A stretch of DNA of 64,000 bases, taken from Strigamia acuminata. Its lineage: Eukaryota. The notes beneath the pieces were generated by a model. That model made no database searches, was not told the DNA's origin, and saw nothing but the letters and a program-made list of their open reading frames with translations. Made by a program: the position numbers and the translations under genes. The stretch covers positions 29,760,001 through 29,824,000 of the forward strand of contig OX442314.1 in the NCBI GenBank assembly GCA_949358305.1, written 5' to 3'. Positions 13,876 to 26,960 of this stretch are shown piece after piece; position 1 is the stretch's first letter; each line of letters opens with the position of its first letter.

Positions 13876-15264
13876 ATATAAAGCGATATAAAATGTAATT
13901 ATAGTTTAATTTTCACAATTTAAAACGTGTACAATATTTACAGTATATAACCGGTAATCACATTTTAATAGGTAAATTTGATTTTAAAAATCTTCGCTTT
14001 CGTGAAGGCAGACAATGTTAATCTATTTAGTTGTCATTTAAGGAACCTTACTAGCAAAGCAGCATTGTCCAACGTGCAAATTGATTTAGTGCACACCTGC
14101 CACACATTTGTCTTTGTATTGGAGTTCCCAACTCAAAACAGATCACAATGAATCAATTTAAATCGAGCTTAATGGCTCATCTCTAAGGCATTACAGTATT
14201 GACACACAAAAAGACACCCAATCGCAGATCAAACAAACACAAAAGTCAATCAATTCACTTTTAATTCTCACAAAATAAATAAAAAATAAATAAATTCTAT
14301 CCCATTTTCGACTGGTCGCTTCTTATCGATTGATACGTCTCTCAGCACTCGGCGAGAATGGAGTCAACACTAGCAGATGGAAAACCGTCGAAAAGGAAGT
14401 GTAAAAATGTGTGCGAATACTCCAGAGATGCCCAGATCCGAAGTTATCTCGGGGAGCAGGTGGAGCACGAAGCGCACGGGCGCCGTCATCGCGCAAGTTC
14501 GGTGCCAAAGATAAAATAATCAGTGAAATGGTGATTTTTTTTCTATGAGCCATTTTGCCCATATGATGCTGGCCGTTCACAATGATCGCTTGTGCTGCTC
14601 GCCAATCCCCAAGTGGCGTTATAAAGGTGATAAAGCATTTTATTCTCTGTAGATAATGATATTGAATGTGATGAAGACGTTTAGGATATTCTAACAGGGC
14701 GGAATGAGGACCCACTAGTGAAATTAGAAGGCATGTGTGCTCGATAAGGGGAAGGTGGTGTGTGGATAACGGAGTTTTGATGATGTGTCTGGTGCTCTGG
14801 AGTCTGGACACAGATTGGTTAAAATCTCTCCAATAATCGCTTGGTTGGGGTCAGTCGGTTTGGATTTAGTGGAGATACTAAACAAACATTGCACGTTCCA
14901 TTGGGGCATTTTTGCAACCAACTGGAGCGTGCATTAGATGCAGGTTGATGGGGGTCTTCCGGTTATTCCAATTTTGGATGAAATAAGTTTTATTGTAGTG
15001 GGCTGAGTGGTTGTGGTTGAGCAGATGTACCGATTTTACCGATTAAGAGCCGCCCTCGAATTGTAGCCGCCGTCGAATAGTGTAAAAACTGGTGTTTTAA
15101 AGGGACGCGCCAATTGGGGAGAATTGGAGGTGGCACCATGTTTGGCTACCAGAGGGTCACTTCGGTGACCTACAATGTAAATGGGAAAGTCTACTTGTGT
15201 AATTAGGAGAGGAAGTGTATTTTGCATATCCTGTTTTATGAATAAATAATCACTGTTCAATGTA

Positions 15265-15434
15265 CCGTACTGCCTCGATTTAACGCCGGGCGTATCTAAG
15301 CGCCGGGCCTCGATTAAACGCCAGGAGATAGGCGGCGTGTAGTGCACTAAGTGCCGCCGAAAGCCGACTCGCCCGGGAGGGGGTCGGCTCGGAAAAATTA
15401 ATAAACGCCCCAGCGTTAAATTGAGGCAGTACGG
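15265..15434. mobile_element. 170-bp MITE with TA TSD
   Basis: 22-bp TIR CCGTACTGCCTC(G/A)ATTTAACGC with one mismatch; TA on both flanks. Confidence 0.88.
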
Positions 15435-16182
15435 TAACCCCTGTATGTATGCGTGCTTCTTTTCCCAATCTCCAAATTCAGTTTAAATCCTGTGCCATCG
15501 GTGATCTCATCGAACAATTCCAAATACAAAATCGAGTTGTTACTGCAACAAATAGTAGCCGCAGCTGAGGCACCAAGAATACCGTATTTTTGCAAAAGTA
15601 TGGAGTGTCACCACCCCTATGTAAAAATATGTATAATAAAACACTGTTGTTGTTCTTGACCAACCCCATGGCCGCCATTGTTTGACCACCCAATTCAGTA
15701 CATCTTTCACAACATCAACCAACGGAAAGACACATCAAAGTACGGTATTGTTTTCGTATTTGACCTCACGAACGATGAATGCTTCGTTCGTGACGTTCAG
15801 ACTTTGTTTGTTGCATTAAACAAATATGTAACGAACGAAAAACTGAAGTTGTAATTGCTGACAAAAATGGCAGTTTTGAATGAGAGCCGCGGGCCGCAGC
15901 TTTTAATCGATAAAATACGGTGTTAGGTTTCTATACGCTAATTTTATTTTTTTATGTTAAATATAGTTTGTTTGTTTTGCATCTTTGTTATTATATTTTG
16001 CATATTTACTGCTCACTATACAGGGTGTTCACAAAGTCTTTAGACAATTTACAAAATTGTATACATGCCAACATTAAGTGGTAACAAATTGTTTTAGTAT
16101 TAAAATTTTTATTGATGTTATGTTTTTTGTTTTGGACAACAATTGAGAAATTGGTTGAAAATAATTGAAAAGGAAAAGTATA

Positions 16183-16758
16183 CAGTCGAAGCTCTTTATA
16201 ATGAATCGCGATAAAATGAATTATCGATATAACGAATTGTTAAATATGATTTGGTTGGCCAGCCATAGAACACCATGTTAAATATTTTAAATATAACGAA
16301 TTTCAATATAACGAATTATTCGTTATAACAAACAAGTTTCTATGTACACTGTAATATCCACAAGCCCTTGTTATAACGAATTTTCAAAACTGAGACTAGC
16401 AACATCCGAAGCCCACATTTAGAAACCAAAGGAAAATAAAATATTTACTGTTTTAAAATGGCTGCCAAACAAAAAACAATTTTGATTCCGGAGAAGTTGA
16501 ACATTATTAATGCCACTGACGATTACAAGAAGCTATCAATTGTAGCAGATGAATTTAATTTGTCCGGTTCTACAATTTTCAACAATTTTAAAGAATTGGG
16601 ATAAAATCAACATGAAACTTGCATGTTTATGAATAAATAATACTCCGTATTATTTATGATGAAATTTAATTTTTTTTAGCTAATTCGTTTTAACGAACTC
16701 TCATTATAACGAATTGTTTTTCTGGAATCTTGCGATTCGTTATAAAGAGTTTCGACTG
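16183..16758 (+). mobile_element. pogo/Tigger-like deletion derivative retaining the transposase N-terminal HTH remnant
   Basis: ~28-bp TIR CAGTCGAA(G/A)CTCTTTATAA(T/C)GAATCGC with TA TSD; 16458-16610 translates (one frameshift) as MAAKQKTILIPEKLNIINA...LSIVADEFNLSGSTI/STILKNWDKI, resembling the psq/CENP-B-type HTH. Confidence 0.85.
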
Positions 16759-16814
16759 TACAATAATATGGTTATTCCACAAGAAAGAATAATTTACAAA
16801 GTTCTCCATAAGAA

Positions 16815-17035
16815 TTTGAGGTGGCCCTTATTTCCCCTGGACTTCTTTTTGTGGGATTATAAGAAAGATATCACGTACTGTGCTAAGGTAAGGGATATAA
16901 ATCATGACCTTAAGCAAAGATAACTGTCACCGTTAAGACCATCGATGAAGCTATGTTAAGGAGGACATGGACAGAAATTGAATATCATTTAGATGTCGTC
17001 AGTGCAACAAATGGGATCCATATAGAAATGTACAT
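16815..17035 (+). pseudogene. Decayed Tc1/mariner-superfamily transposase C-terminus
   Basis: Reads WP..PLDFFLWDYKKDITY.AKVRDI..DLKQR then, shifted, ITVTVKTIDEAMLRRTWTEIEYHLDVVSATNGIHIE; a TA|CAGGGTG terminus lies at 16021. Confidence 0.75.
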
Positions 17036-17642
17036 CTTTATCTACCAGTGGCATATGGCAGATTCTGTAGTTAGAGAAGAAAAGATGGAATTTTATCCTA
17101 AATGAGGCAATAGCCTGAGAAAACTGGCGTTAAGCTGAAAAAGTAAAGCGGGATATTTTTACCTATCAATAGGCATTTTGCACCAAAGCATTCCTCTGTC
17201 AATAGACACTTCCTCTGACTTTTCATTTCTGCACTCTATTATTAGCTCCATTTTCTGCTGCACGCTGTTAGAAAATGGGGTTTCGCAGTGGGCCGGTAAA
17301 TCTCGATTGTATTGGATTAAGTGGGATTAAAATAATTTTTTTAAGATGAACACCGGAAACACACATACAGGCAAAGAGAAACAAATGTGTAAGGTTGTTC
17401 AATGATAAAATAACAATTAAGAAATGGATTGCTTCAATCCAATAATTATTTGTCAACAATGTACTGTTGACTTTATTTATTATCTCAGCAAACAGACAAC
17501 AGTATGTTGTGCTCTGTTTTTTTTTTATTTGTTAGAAAATGGTTTACCTTGAATGGCAACATTTTCATCTTTTAGTTGTATCGGCCAATAAATAATCTTA
17601 ATCTTTTAGGTCATCTGTCTCACTAATTAAGACAAGCATGTT

Positions 17643-17895
17643 CACTGGAAAAAAATATGACTTTGCAAATTGTAATTTAAATTAAATTAAATTTATTGTT
17701 AAATCTGACAAATTCGAAATTTACAAACTGTTAAGTTATTGTGGTGTCCATTGTAAAATGTCTTTTTAATTTTGTAAAGTTATTGTTTAAAACAAAAATT
17801 TACAATTTTTGTAAATGTGATTTTACAAAGCCGAAAGTTCAAATTTACACTTTTCAGCAATTAAAAAACGTGTAAAGCCATATTTTTTTCCAGTG
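17643..17895. mobile_element. CACTA/EnSpm-like MITE, 253 bp
   Basis: TIR CACTGGAAAAAAATATG / CATATTTTTTTCCAGTG with GTT on both flanks; a related end occurs at ~27004. Confidence 0.78.
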
Positions 17896-19089
17896 GTTGT
17901 AGTAAAAGTTACGTTCCGCACACACATAAGATCCCATGTTAATCTTCATTTCTACTCAAAAAGGCTTTTAAAATTCCATTATTTATGATTTTTGTAATAA
18001 TTGCGTTAATTTTTTTGGGGAGCGACGGAAATTTTTTTTAAACATTAAGTGCGCCGCGAACAGAAAAAGTTTAGGAACTACTGACTTGTGAGTTAAATAG
18101 TTCAGCTTGAGTTTTTCATAGAAGAATTATGAACCTGAAATATTGGAAAAGACAAAAACAAAAAAGTTTCAAATTGTTTTCTTCCAACTGAAATATCGAC
18201 ATGTCAGTCCAATTTTGATACTATGAGATAAGACTGGGATTCATCAGTTATGTAAATACATACTGACATATTGATTTTGCAGGAGACATGCTGGAAATTG
18301 CATCGGATAAAACTTTTCGTCTTATACAATCTTTCGGAGTCTGGGAGTGCTTTCAATTTTAATTTTAATTTAATTTTTTTTTTAACTTTTTTTTTTATTA
18401 TGATATTTTTTAAAATATTTTTTAAATGGATTCAAGTGCCATTTTTAATTGGACCACTTATTTGGTTCGCTCGAGTATGCAAATGAATGAGTCAGGTGCA
18501 CGTTGCAGCTCTTGTTGATTTTAAATGGCACCAATTTGTAAGTGAATGGGCGACCATTTTGGAAATGAGATGTTCATCTGAATATGGTTAAGAAATGTTA
18601 ATTTGAAATTTCAATTGTTTGCACAGTCATTGTTCGTTTAATCAAAAGTGCCTAATTGCCAACTTGGGTGGTACGGACTACGGACTGCACAACAATTTCT
18701 TAAAAATGTAAATTGTCCAGAGTGGAATGGAAATGGGCATGAATGAAGATTTGCTTGATGTGGTTTGAAAATCAATTGAGAGGGGAAAACATTTTGATTG
18801 GAATTTTGAAGATCTTTCGTCGGAGTTTAGCCGCTTCAGCCGACTCAATGTGTTAGGACTCTGTTCAGATTAGGTTTAGTTAAAGGTTGCAGTTGGAGTT
18901 AGTTTCTCGTGAAGAAATTTTATTACATTTTAGTCCAAGACTCCAATAAGTCAGAAGCAGGTTTATGGTTTCTCTGAACTTGGGCAATGCTCTTTTTTGG
19001 GCCATATTCCAAGATTGTCAGTTTTTACGTCCAAATTAACTGCTGAAACAGAAAGCACAACTAGAGTGGTGTTTTGAAGGGATCCACCC

Positions 19090-19312
19090 CGGAATGTCTA
19101 ATTACAAAATGTCTAATACCTAAATGTCTAAGCCGAAATGTCTAATGGACAAAATGTCTCATCCAAAATGTCTAATGCCAAAATGTCTAATAATTTTTTT
19201 TTAAGAATCTCAAAATTTGAAATACACAAATTTTTTTTTCCATTTTTTTTTCGGTTTTATTCCTAACCTAACCTAACCTAACCTAACCTAACTTAACCTA
19301 ACCTAATCTAAA
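19090..19312. repeat. AAATGTCTAA repeats followed by a (CCTAA)n tract; Helentron/DINE-1-like repeat
   Basis: About 7 aatgtct(aa) units at 19092-19190 and about 10 CCTAA units at 19262-19311. Confidence 0.65.
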
Positions 19313-19559
19313 CCAACAGATAGTTCACAATACAGCGACGCCACTAGCAAAATTTAAATGTTGCGCGAAGATTTTGTGCGAAGTTTCTGTTCACAAACTC
19401 GCTAAATTTAGAATATTCTTGTGACGCACACATACGCAGAACGGCTGCTCATTGTTCAATCCAAGATGGGGCGGGGGGCTTTGTTACAACAAGCGTTTTG
19501 ATTGGTGGACGTCATTGTGAACAACAATTCGCAGCATTGTAAACTACCGTATATCTTCA

Positions 19560-19804
19560 AATAATGCACCTGCGCGCTATTTGAAAAAAAAATTTGCTCC
19601 GTGCAAAAATATAGGCCCACGCAAATATTGGCCAATGCTGTGTTTTTTGAACGTATCTGCAACGAAAAACACCTAAAAGTGTGACAAATGAAACGTTTTT
19701 CATACGTTTTGGTAATTACGTATACAAACGATTCATTTGTCCCGCGCGCAATTGGAGGTCCGCGCGCTATTAGAGACCCGTGGTCAATTCGAAGATATAT
19801 GGTA
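19560..19804 (-). repeat. Inverted copy of the repeat at 11455-11835
   Basis: Reverse-complement match over about 200 bp. Confidence 0.72.
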
Positions 19805-21741
19805 GTCTTTAGATGCACTTTTTCCCGATGTAAACATCTCTAAAATCGTGGTGCGTCTTACAACCGATGGTGTTTTAAAATCGAAAAAAAAGATATTTCT
19901 TCTTATTGCCCACATGGTGGCGTTAAATACCACGTTTTTATCACGTTAACAAAAACTCAGGTTGCGCTTCAGCGCCTCCAAATGCTTGATCCGCCCCTGT
20001 ATACAGCCGTCAGTTGAAGTGCTATATCACTTGACCGGCAATCGGAGGATTTGAGCTCAACTCCTGGTCCAGGAATATAATGGAGTCTGAGCTGTTCGAC
20101 TTTTTCTTCCAATTAGTGGTTGCAGTAAAACTCACCTCTCTTTTCTTGTCAAATTTGCCTTCATTTGAATAACAGATAGAAACAATCTAAATTTTCATTT
20201 TTCTAACAATACAGCTGGAATTCAAGAAATTGTTGGCGATAAATTGTTGAAGTGACTTCATTTCCTGGTGATGGAGAATGCAAATAAGGTTTTTCCTAAG
20301 CAGAAAAGCCAATAGAAAAAAATTGTGTGATCGGTTGTGAAATTGAGAGTGAGTGAGGTGAATAAGGAGTTTGGATATGCACACGGCAACCTGAGCGTGT
20401 AAACTTTCCTTCAATTTCGGCACACGCCTTTGACAAACTATTTATGACAGTATACACTGATACAGTTATTTCAGTGAACTCTTCTTCTTCTTCGCCGGAG
20501 TCCTGCACGCTTGTGCACTAATAGCATTATTACTGTCTAACAGTCGGTGCTACTTCAGCTGTTATCGCCAGTATAAGCCATATGCTTACTCTCTTTTATT
20601 GTCTCAGGTTACATGGTGGATATAGGTAATAACGGAGCAGAATGCCATCTGTGACATGAGTGTGTCACATTTCTTGACATTTTGCTTAGTCAACTTGTGC
20701 TTTTTTTGTATTAACACGCACTGCGCATGTCTGGAGATATTTCTTGTTGCAATGTAAGAATTAATAGGGGTTGGTTTATGTAAAACAATGTCCCAGGATG
20801 CACACTTTGTAGCAGACATGGGCTTAAGATTTAATGGTTAAGTTTAAAGTTGTGCGCTGTGGGACTAATTGTCACTTGCTCAAAGTGGCGTGTTGGGGTC
20901 AAATTTAAGGATTCATACATGGTTGACAACAATCAGAATGAGTAATTGAGTGTGTTGTATGAAAATCATTTTAAAATGGAATTTTTGGTGGTTTAATCTC
21001 AATTTTTGGAATTTTTCTATTTTCTAGTTGAGTTTTGAATTCAAAACTGAACTGGCATTTGAATTATTTCTCAGGCAATGATTGTTAGGCTAACAATTTG
21101 TATTTTTTTTAAAATTTAATCAATTATATTGTTGAGGAGATAATCAGTCAATAATATTCACTTTGTTTCATATTGAGTCAATTACATTGTTCAACAATAA
21201 AAGAAAATGTGGATATTTTACTCGGAAAGTAGTATCATGACAAAAGTCATAAAAACTGCCTTGAATGAAGTATTTTGTTCTGGAAAAGTACAAAAGGAGT
21301 GAATTTATTGCTCTGCTCTGGCAGAATTTTCTTTGATGATACTCGCTACATCTAGCATTAAAAAATTCAGCTTTTCCAGACGTCACGCAATTTTCAAGCT
21401 GAACGACCTAATCAAATCTTTCTTTTTGTCTGGGAAATTGATCACACTTTTTTTTTTATCTGCATTCACATCTAGCTTCTAATCAAACAAGGGTGGGCCT
21501 AACTTCTATCGATCGGCTGCATTATTATTCCTCAATTTGTGTTTGATGTGTGGTAAAGTGGACTAATTAGATTGTTATTAATGCACAATAGTCGCATTAC
21601 CATTTTTTGAAAATAGAATTGAAAATGAAAAAAAAAAAACAATGAATGGATACCATTTATTAAATTTCTTACCACTTTATTAATACACGTGAATGCACAG
21701 CGAGAAGATTGAATTCTAACAAGAATGCAGTCACGTGACAA

Positions 21742-22075
21742 GGGGCCGTCCATAAAATTACGTAATGTAAATTTTTGGATTTTTAGACCCGCCCCCTTCC
21801 CCCAATTTTCATATCTAAACCTGATGTTTAGAAAGTCTAATAAAACGGTCATGTCCGTCTGTCAGTCTGTCTGTCCGCATCAACAACTCAAAAACAAAAG
21901 CAGCTAGAGCCAAACGGGCAACTGCAATAAACCCAGCATACCTATATTAAGATCCTAAGGTGTTTTCGTACTTCTCCGACATTTACAATTACAATTACAA
22001 TTGCAATTACTTTCAATTTCAATTTTCAAATTTACAATTTACAAAACAAAATAATAATAATTTATGGATGGCCCA
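21742..22075. mobile_element. PIF/Harbinger-like MITE carrying an internal (GTCY)n DINE-1-like fragment
   Basis: TIR GGGCCGTCCATAAA / TTTATGGATGGCCC; CAA on both flanks; gtccgtctgtcagtctgtctgtcc at ~21853-21877. Confidence 0.6.
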
Positions 22076-22967
22076 CAACAGAGCTCTTATATTTTCCTTT
22101 GGAAACGATTGGTCAGGTGACAAGAAATAAATAGTCAGCCATATTTTTGTTTAGTGACAGGTAAGACTCGTTTATGCGGATATAACAGACGACAGAAGGG
22201 GAAAATGGTATTCAGAGTGTTAATTTACGGGCGACGAACACTTCGTATGACAACATATTTTATTCGCTGGATTTAATTTATCCTCACACCGGTCGTGTTC
22301 TAACATTATCCGATGAGCCTGCCAACCATTTTCAAAATGACTAAACCCGTCTCCAAAAACAACTCCGCACTTGTTGCTTTATAAAAGTTAGAATACAATA
22401 AACTATATTTGATACAAGTGTAATATTGGTCTCCAAGCGAACCAAGCAAATGGTGTTATTTGTGCATTCGGTCACCAGTAGGGGTGCCATGTGAGCAGTT
22501 TGGTGGGTAACTTATGGGAAATGGCAAAGCGTCTAAGAGCCAAAAGCTGTTGGTATGAAGGAGTCACTAAGGTCAGATAGAATTTTTTCAATGTTGGTTG
22601 GAGAGTTGAATGTGTAAATCCCAAACACAATATCGGTTGTGTCTATGGATTGTTGCCGCTAAGCAATTGGCACTATTTGGTATTGCCACTGCTCACTGGA
22701 GTCACCGCTGAGCTTTGTTGTAGCTTGTCTTTGTAGCTTCTGTCACAACCCATCATTGCCACGACTCAGCATTGTTACCGCTTATCATTGTCACAGAAAA
22801 CCATTGGAAAATTATGACATAATGCAGTTTGGCTTCGCCCACAATAAGAAAACTACAAATTAACAGTGTTATAATGTTATTTTGCAATGGGGTAACCATT
22901 GTTACGATCACATGATCATATCACCTGACCTCATTTTTCCAAAGGTCTATTTATAATTTCTTCGGCT

Positions 22968-23085
22968 CAGCTTTATTGCTACTTCGCTTTGTTGTTACTC
23001 CGCTTTGTTGTTAGTCCGCTTTGTTGCTACTCTGCTTTGTTGCTAATCCGCTTTGTTGCTACTTCGCTTTGTTGCTACTCCGCTA
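22968..23085. repeat. ~16-bp tandem repeat, about 7 copies
   Basis: gctttgttgctactcc repeated. Confidence 0.9.
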
Positions 23086-25179
23086 AAACATTTTTAAAAA
23101 AAAATTGATTCAGAGGGTTGAAAGATAATCATTTGATGGGTGCAGCTGGCTTTGATAGGTGAAATTAATCCAAAGACTGGCACTCTGGCTGCAGGCCCAA
23201 GACTGCCAAGTATGACATAATATTGACTGTGTTCTCTTTGTTATTGTTGTTGGCTGCTAATGGTTTATTTCTGGATCCTTTTTGCTCATGTGTTGGTTGT
23301 CATTCAATTTGTAATCTGCAGTGTATTGTGCTTTTCTCTTCTTCAGTTAGCTTGTTAGAAGGAGATGATTTGCTCACACTTATTGGTTTTTGTTGGTAAG
23401 AAATTGTGTTTGAACATGTTTTTTAATCTTTGACACAGGAAATCAAATTTGGCTATTGATTATCGAAGACCGCTTCTTCCGGCGACATTACAAGATAAAG
23501 TCGAACGGCTTTGCGGAAGAGATTAAGTGCTTGCAGTATTAGTTTCTGCTAATTAGAACTCAATAATTTGAATAAAATCAAAATTGGTTTCAATTTTAAA
23601 TCAATATTTGGATGAAGCTTGATTAAGCTTTACGCTGAAGACTTCTAAGTGCTAGCAGCCTCTGGGGAATAAATTTCCAAGTTTTGGAAGCAATAAACCA
23701 CCTAATTCCATACTAAACAAACATAAAACCATTGCATTTCTTTGAAATTTTTAAAGGAATTTAGTCAAGATTTAATTAAAGTGTTATTGTTGGGTATAAT
23801 AGATCAAACTGATCTTTAAATATAATTGTCAACCACAATTATATTACAGTTAAGACAATAAATGTTGTTTACTATAGGCTTGTCCAATTTATTAAATATT
23901 TACTAGTACTTTAAAGAAAAAATACCAGGGGGAGGGCTTGGACCCTTACCTCCGGTCTAGTCCGAGACCTGATCTCCAGATTGTGAGTGGCCAGTGTAAT
24001 GTATCTTTTGGTGATTGGCCGCTAGATGGCGGAACTTGTATGAGGGGTGGGGAAGTGAGTGCTGGAACGTCACTTCCTGTTCCGTGTGTGAGAGTGACCA
24101 CTGGTCAAGCATGTTATACCAGGAAATAAATCCAGTTGTTAAGTTCTAAATAATTGTCATCCATTTACTGCAAGTACTTAGTACAGAGTACTATTAGTAA
24201 ATAGGACAATGTCAACGAGGTTTTGTAAAAAGACCATTGTCGCACGCTCCCACAAACTTGCGCCATTGTGCTATTGCAATCTGCTGTAACTTTTCACAAT
24301 AAAAAGCTGCCAGCAGTTGCAAGCTTCAGTTTTTCAGACTGCTACCATTAAGTCTGAAACTTGCGACTGGCAATGGCAGGGCATTAGAAAGAGATCAAGC
24401 TTTTATACTCATAAATAACGGACGATACTCGCATGTTAAAGTGCTATCAACCAGAAAGTTTTTGAAGTTTAGTTGAGCGGATGGCAAGATCTATTGAACA
24501 AGAATTCACCATAAACTAGCAATCAAAGTATCTTGTTGGGTTTGTCCTTCAATGTTGAGATTAAAATACAAACACTCATGTGGTAACAACAGCCAATGCC
24601 AATAGCAGGTGCAGAAGAGATAAGTCACTTTTTTAAGTCAAACAAGTGATTTCAATTTCACTTAATCTTAATCTTCTTATTTGAATTCGTTCAAGTTGAC
24701 TTCTCAGAGATACGATGTAAAGAAACGTCATATCCTGTTTAAGAGAGGTCATTTCAGTCAATTTAAGTCAATTTGTCTTTTGAGGATTGAATGCATCGTT
24801 GTTAATTGCATAGGTGTTAGATTAGTATTGTTGATGATTGGTATTGGAGTTATTGGAAAATTCTTACACTTGGGCAAAGTTTAGTTTGACTATTGTAGAA
24901 TTGATCAAATGTGGTGCTGGTGAGTTGTTCAATATTTTGACTCGGCAGTAAAAGTTTTATCTTCGATGAAGCAATCGATACTGTACATACATCTTCTACA
25001 AAGCATTTAACTTATTTTTTCCATTGTTTCTTCAGATGAGACAACAGCGTGCTAAGCTAATGCATACAGTTTAGATTTTTTACTTTTTTATTTTTGCATT
25101 TTGTAATGATTAAAGTAATAATTGAAGAAATGGCAAGCAATAGAAGTAATAATTGAAACAATAAAATTAATCTTTGAAG

Positions 25180-25322
25180 AAATGCAAACAATGCAAGAAA
25201 TGCGTAACAAAATACAAACAATGCAAGAAATACGTGACAAAATGCAAACAATGCAAGAAATACGTGACAAAATGCAAACAATGCAAGAAATACGTGACAA
25301 AATGCATACAATGCAAGTAATA
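25180..25322. repeat. 30-bp tandem repeat, about 4.5 copies
   Basis: aaatgcaaacaatgcaagaaatacgtgaca repeated. Confidence 0.9.
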
Positions 25323-26242
25323 ATTAAAGAAATGAAGAAATATAAAAGCAATCGATAGAAATATTAGAGATTAAGAAGATTACAATTAGCAATTGCTATC
25401 GCTTTAATTTATTGATGACTTGTGTCATTTCATTTCGTCCACAAGTAAATATGGATTTAATCTTTAGAAATGTAACCAAACGCACTGGCTTGGAAACAGC
25501 AATAGTGGTGGAATTTAGTGAATGGAATTTATCATTTCATAGATATGAATGGGGATATGTATGGATTATGATCAAATATTGAAGAGGTTGTCATTCCAAA
25601 GCGAGGAATTTGACATACAGAATCAACGTGTTTGATGTAAATGTCGATGCCCTGAAAACTACAGACAAAAGAGAAACAATGGGAACATTATTCTTCACTT
25701 GCAGTAATTTTGCTGCATTTAATGACAGAAATACTTGATTCACTAATAAAAACTTCTTTTTATGTCTTATTATTGAAACACGAGCGAAAAACACACTGGT
25801 CTGCGTGATATTTCGGTATTAAAAGCAAAGTGCACGCATGTGGTGGATTTCGCACATTTTACTTTGCTTTGTTTTGGACATGTGGCATCATGAATAGTGA
25901 ATTATGAATTATGAGTAGTTGCGATGTCACATGTCCAGCAGCTTGATTCACCAAGTTTAATGATAAAATTTGCTTTTTTACTCAAAAAATAAAAAAGTAG
26001 TGTTCTGACGCACAGTAAAGAATTGTGTGTGTTGTAACTGTTTGAAACAATGTGAAAGAGAGGTGCATTTAAATATAAGAAAAAAACATTGTTTAAGTCA
26101 TGTGAATACTTTATTTAAAAAATAAATTTATATTTAATAATATAATGTTTTAAAATGTCTGGAAGCAATGTTTTATGCTGTTACTTTTTCAAAATACATG
26201 ATTGTTCAGTTTGTTAAGTTTATTGGTTGCTACGTCAAGTGG

Positions 26243-26398
26243 TTTTTGAATGTTATGATTGATTGTTTAGTCTGGACACAAAATGGCTTCCCGTAACTCG
26301 AACGTTTGTATTTTAGCCTACTTTTATGTAGCCCTACACTAGTGAATAGGCTCGGCCAATAGGAACTGGTGTGTTTCTAACGGTGAGCCAGAGTATAT
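26243..26398. repeat. Interspersed repeat, copy 2 (see 5582-5742)
   Basis: Direct match to 5582-5742 with a small deletion. Confidence 0.75.
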
Positions 26399-26489
26399 AT
26401 TGCACATTCCCACAAACTCCAAAAAGTCGTTTATATGCTTGCCTCGCAGTGAAGCTCGCCTTGTAGTGATTGCAGTACTAGATCGAGTA

Positions 26490-26960
26490 CTGCAATTGGC
26501 ATGATTACAAGGCAGAAGCAGTGTATTTAGCTCTTATACAAGTCAAATGACACATTTCTGATTACTTGCTCACATCGTCATGGCCTTTTTGCACATTCTC
26601 AATATCTTCTTCGCTATCGTCAGACTTGTATTTTCATCAACATTACTGTTCGTAATATGATTCGCAGAAACCATATGCATACCATTAGCATGCCATTCCA
26701 TCAGATTCTTGATCTGTTGATAACTAATAGTGTATTTCAGCGCGTAAGGTATGCGTGGTACTTTCCCATCATGCAGAAGGCTTTTGTTCTGTGTTGTTGT
26801 ACAAATCTAATTTAACGAATACACTCTTTCACATTTTGAATGAGGCACTTTTAAGTTTCTTCCTATGACTAGCATGGAATGATTTCACTGCATTATTCGT
26901 ACGAGATGGTTCGTTTGCAACTGTTATTCTTGCGACACCAACTTCATAAAAATGAAGATT
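26490..26960 (-). pseudogene. Decayed Mutator (MULE)-like transposase C-terminus followed by a RING-like remnant
   Basis: Minus strand 26903-26874 reads RTNNAVKSFH (cf. MULE RTNNxxExxH motif); 26554-26492 reads CVI*LV*ELNTLLLPCNHANC (RING-HC-like); several stops. Confidence 0.45.

Noticed and set aside
14300..15030. Coding-like minus-strand block with YICST...KIGIT, faintly like a T5orf172/GIY-YIG viral remnant
   Set aside because: Motif too short and frames broken; cannot be supported without a profile search.
19262..19311. True telomere or chromosome-fusion scar
   Set aside because: Only ~50 bp, single orientation, embedded in a repeat.
25057..25358. Repeat-protein ORFs or a CRISPR-like array
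   Set aside because: A plain 30-bp tandem repeat with no spacers; a unit length divisible by 3 opens several frames.
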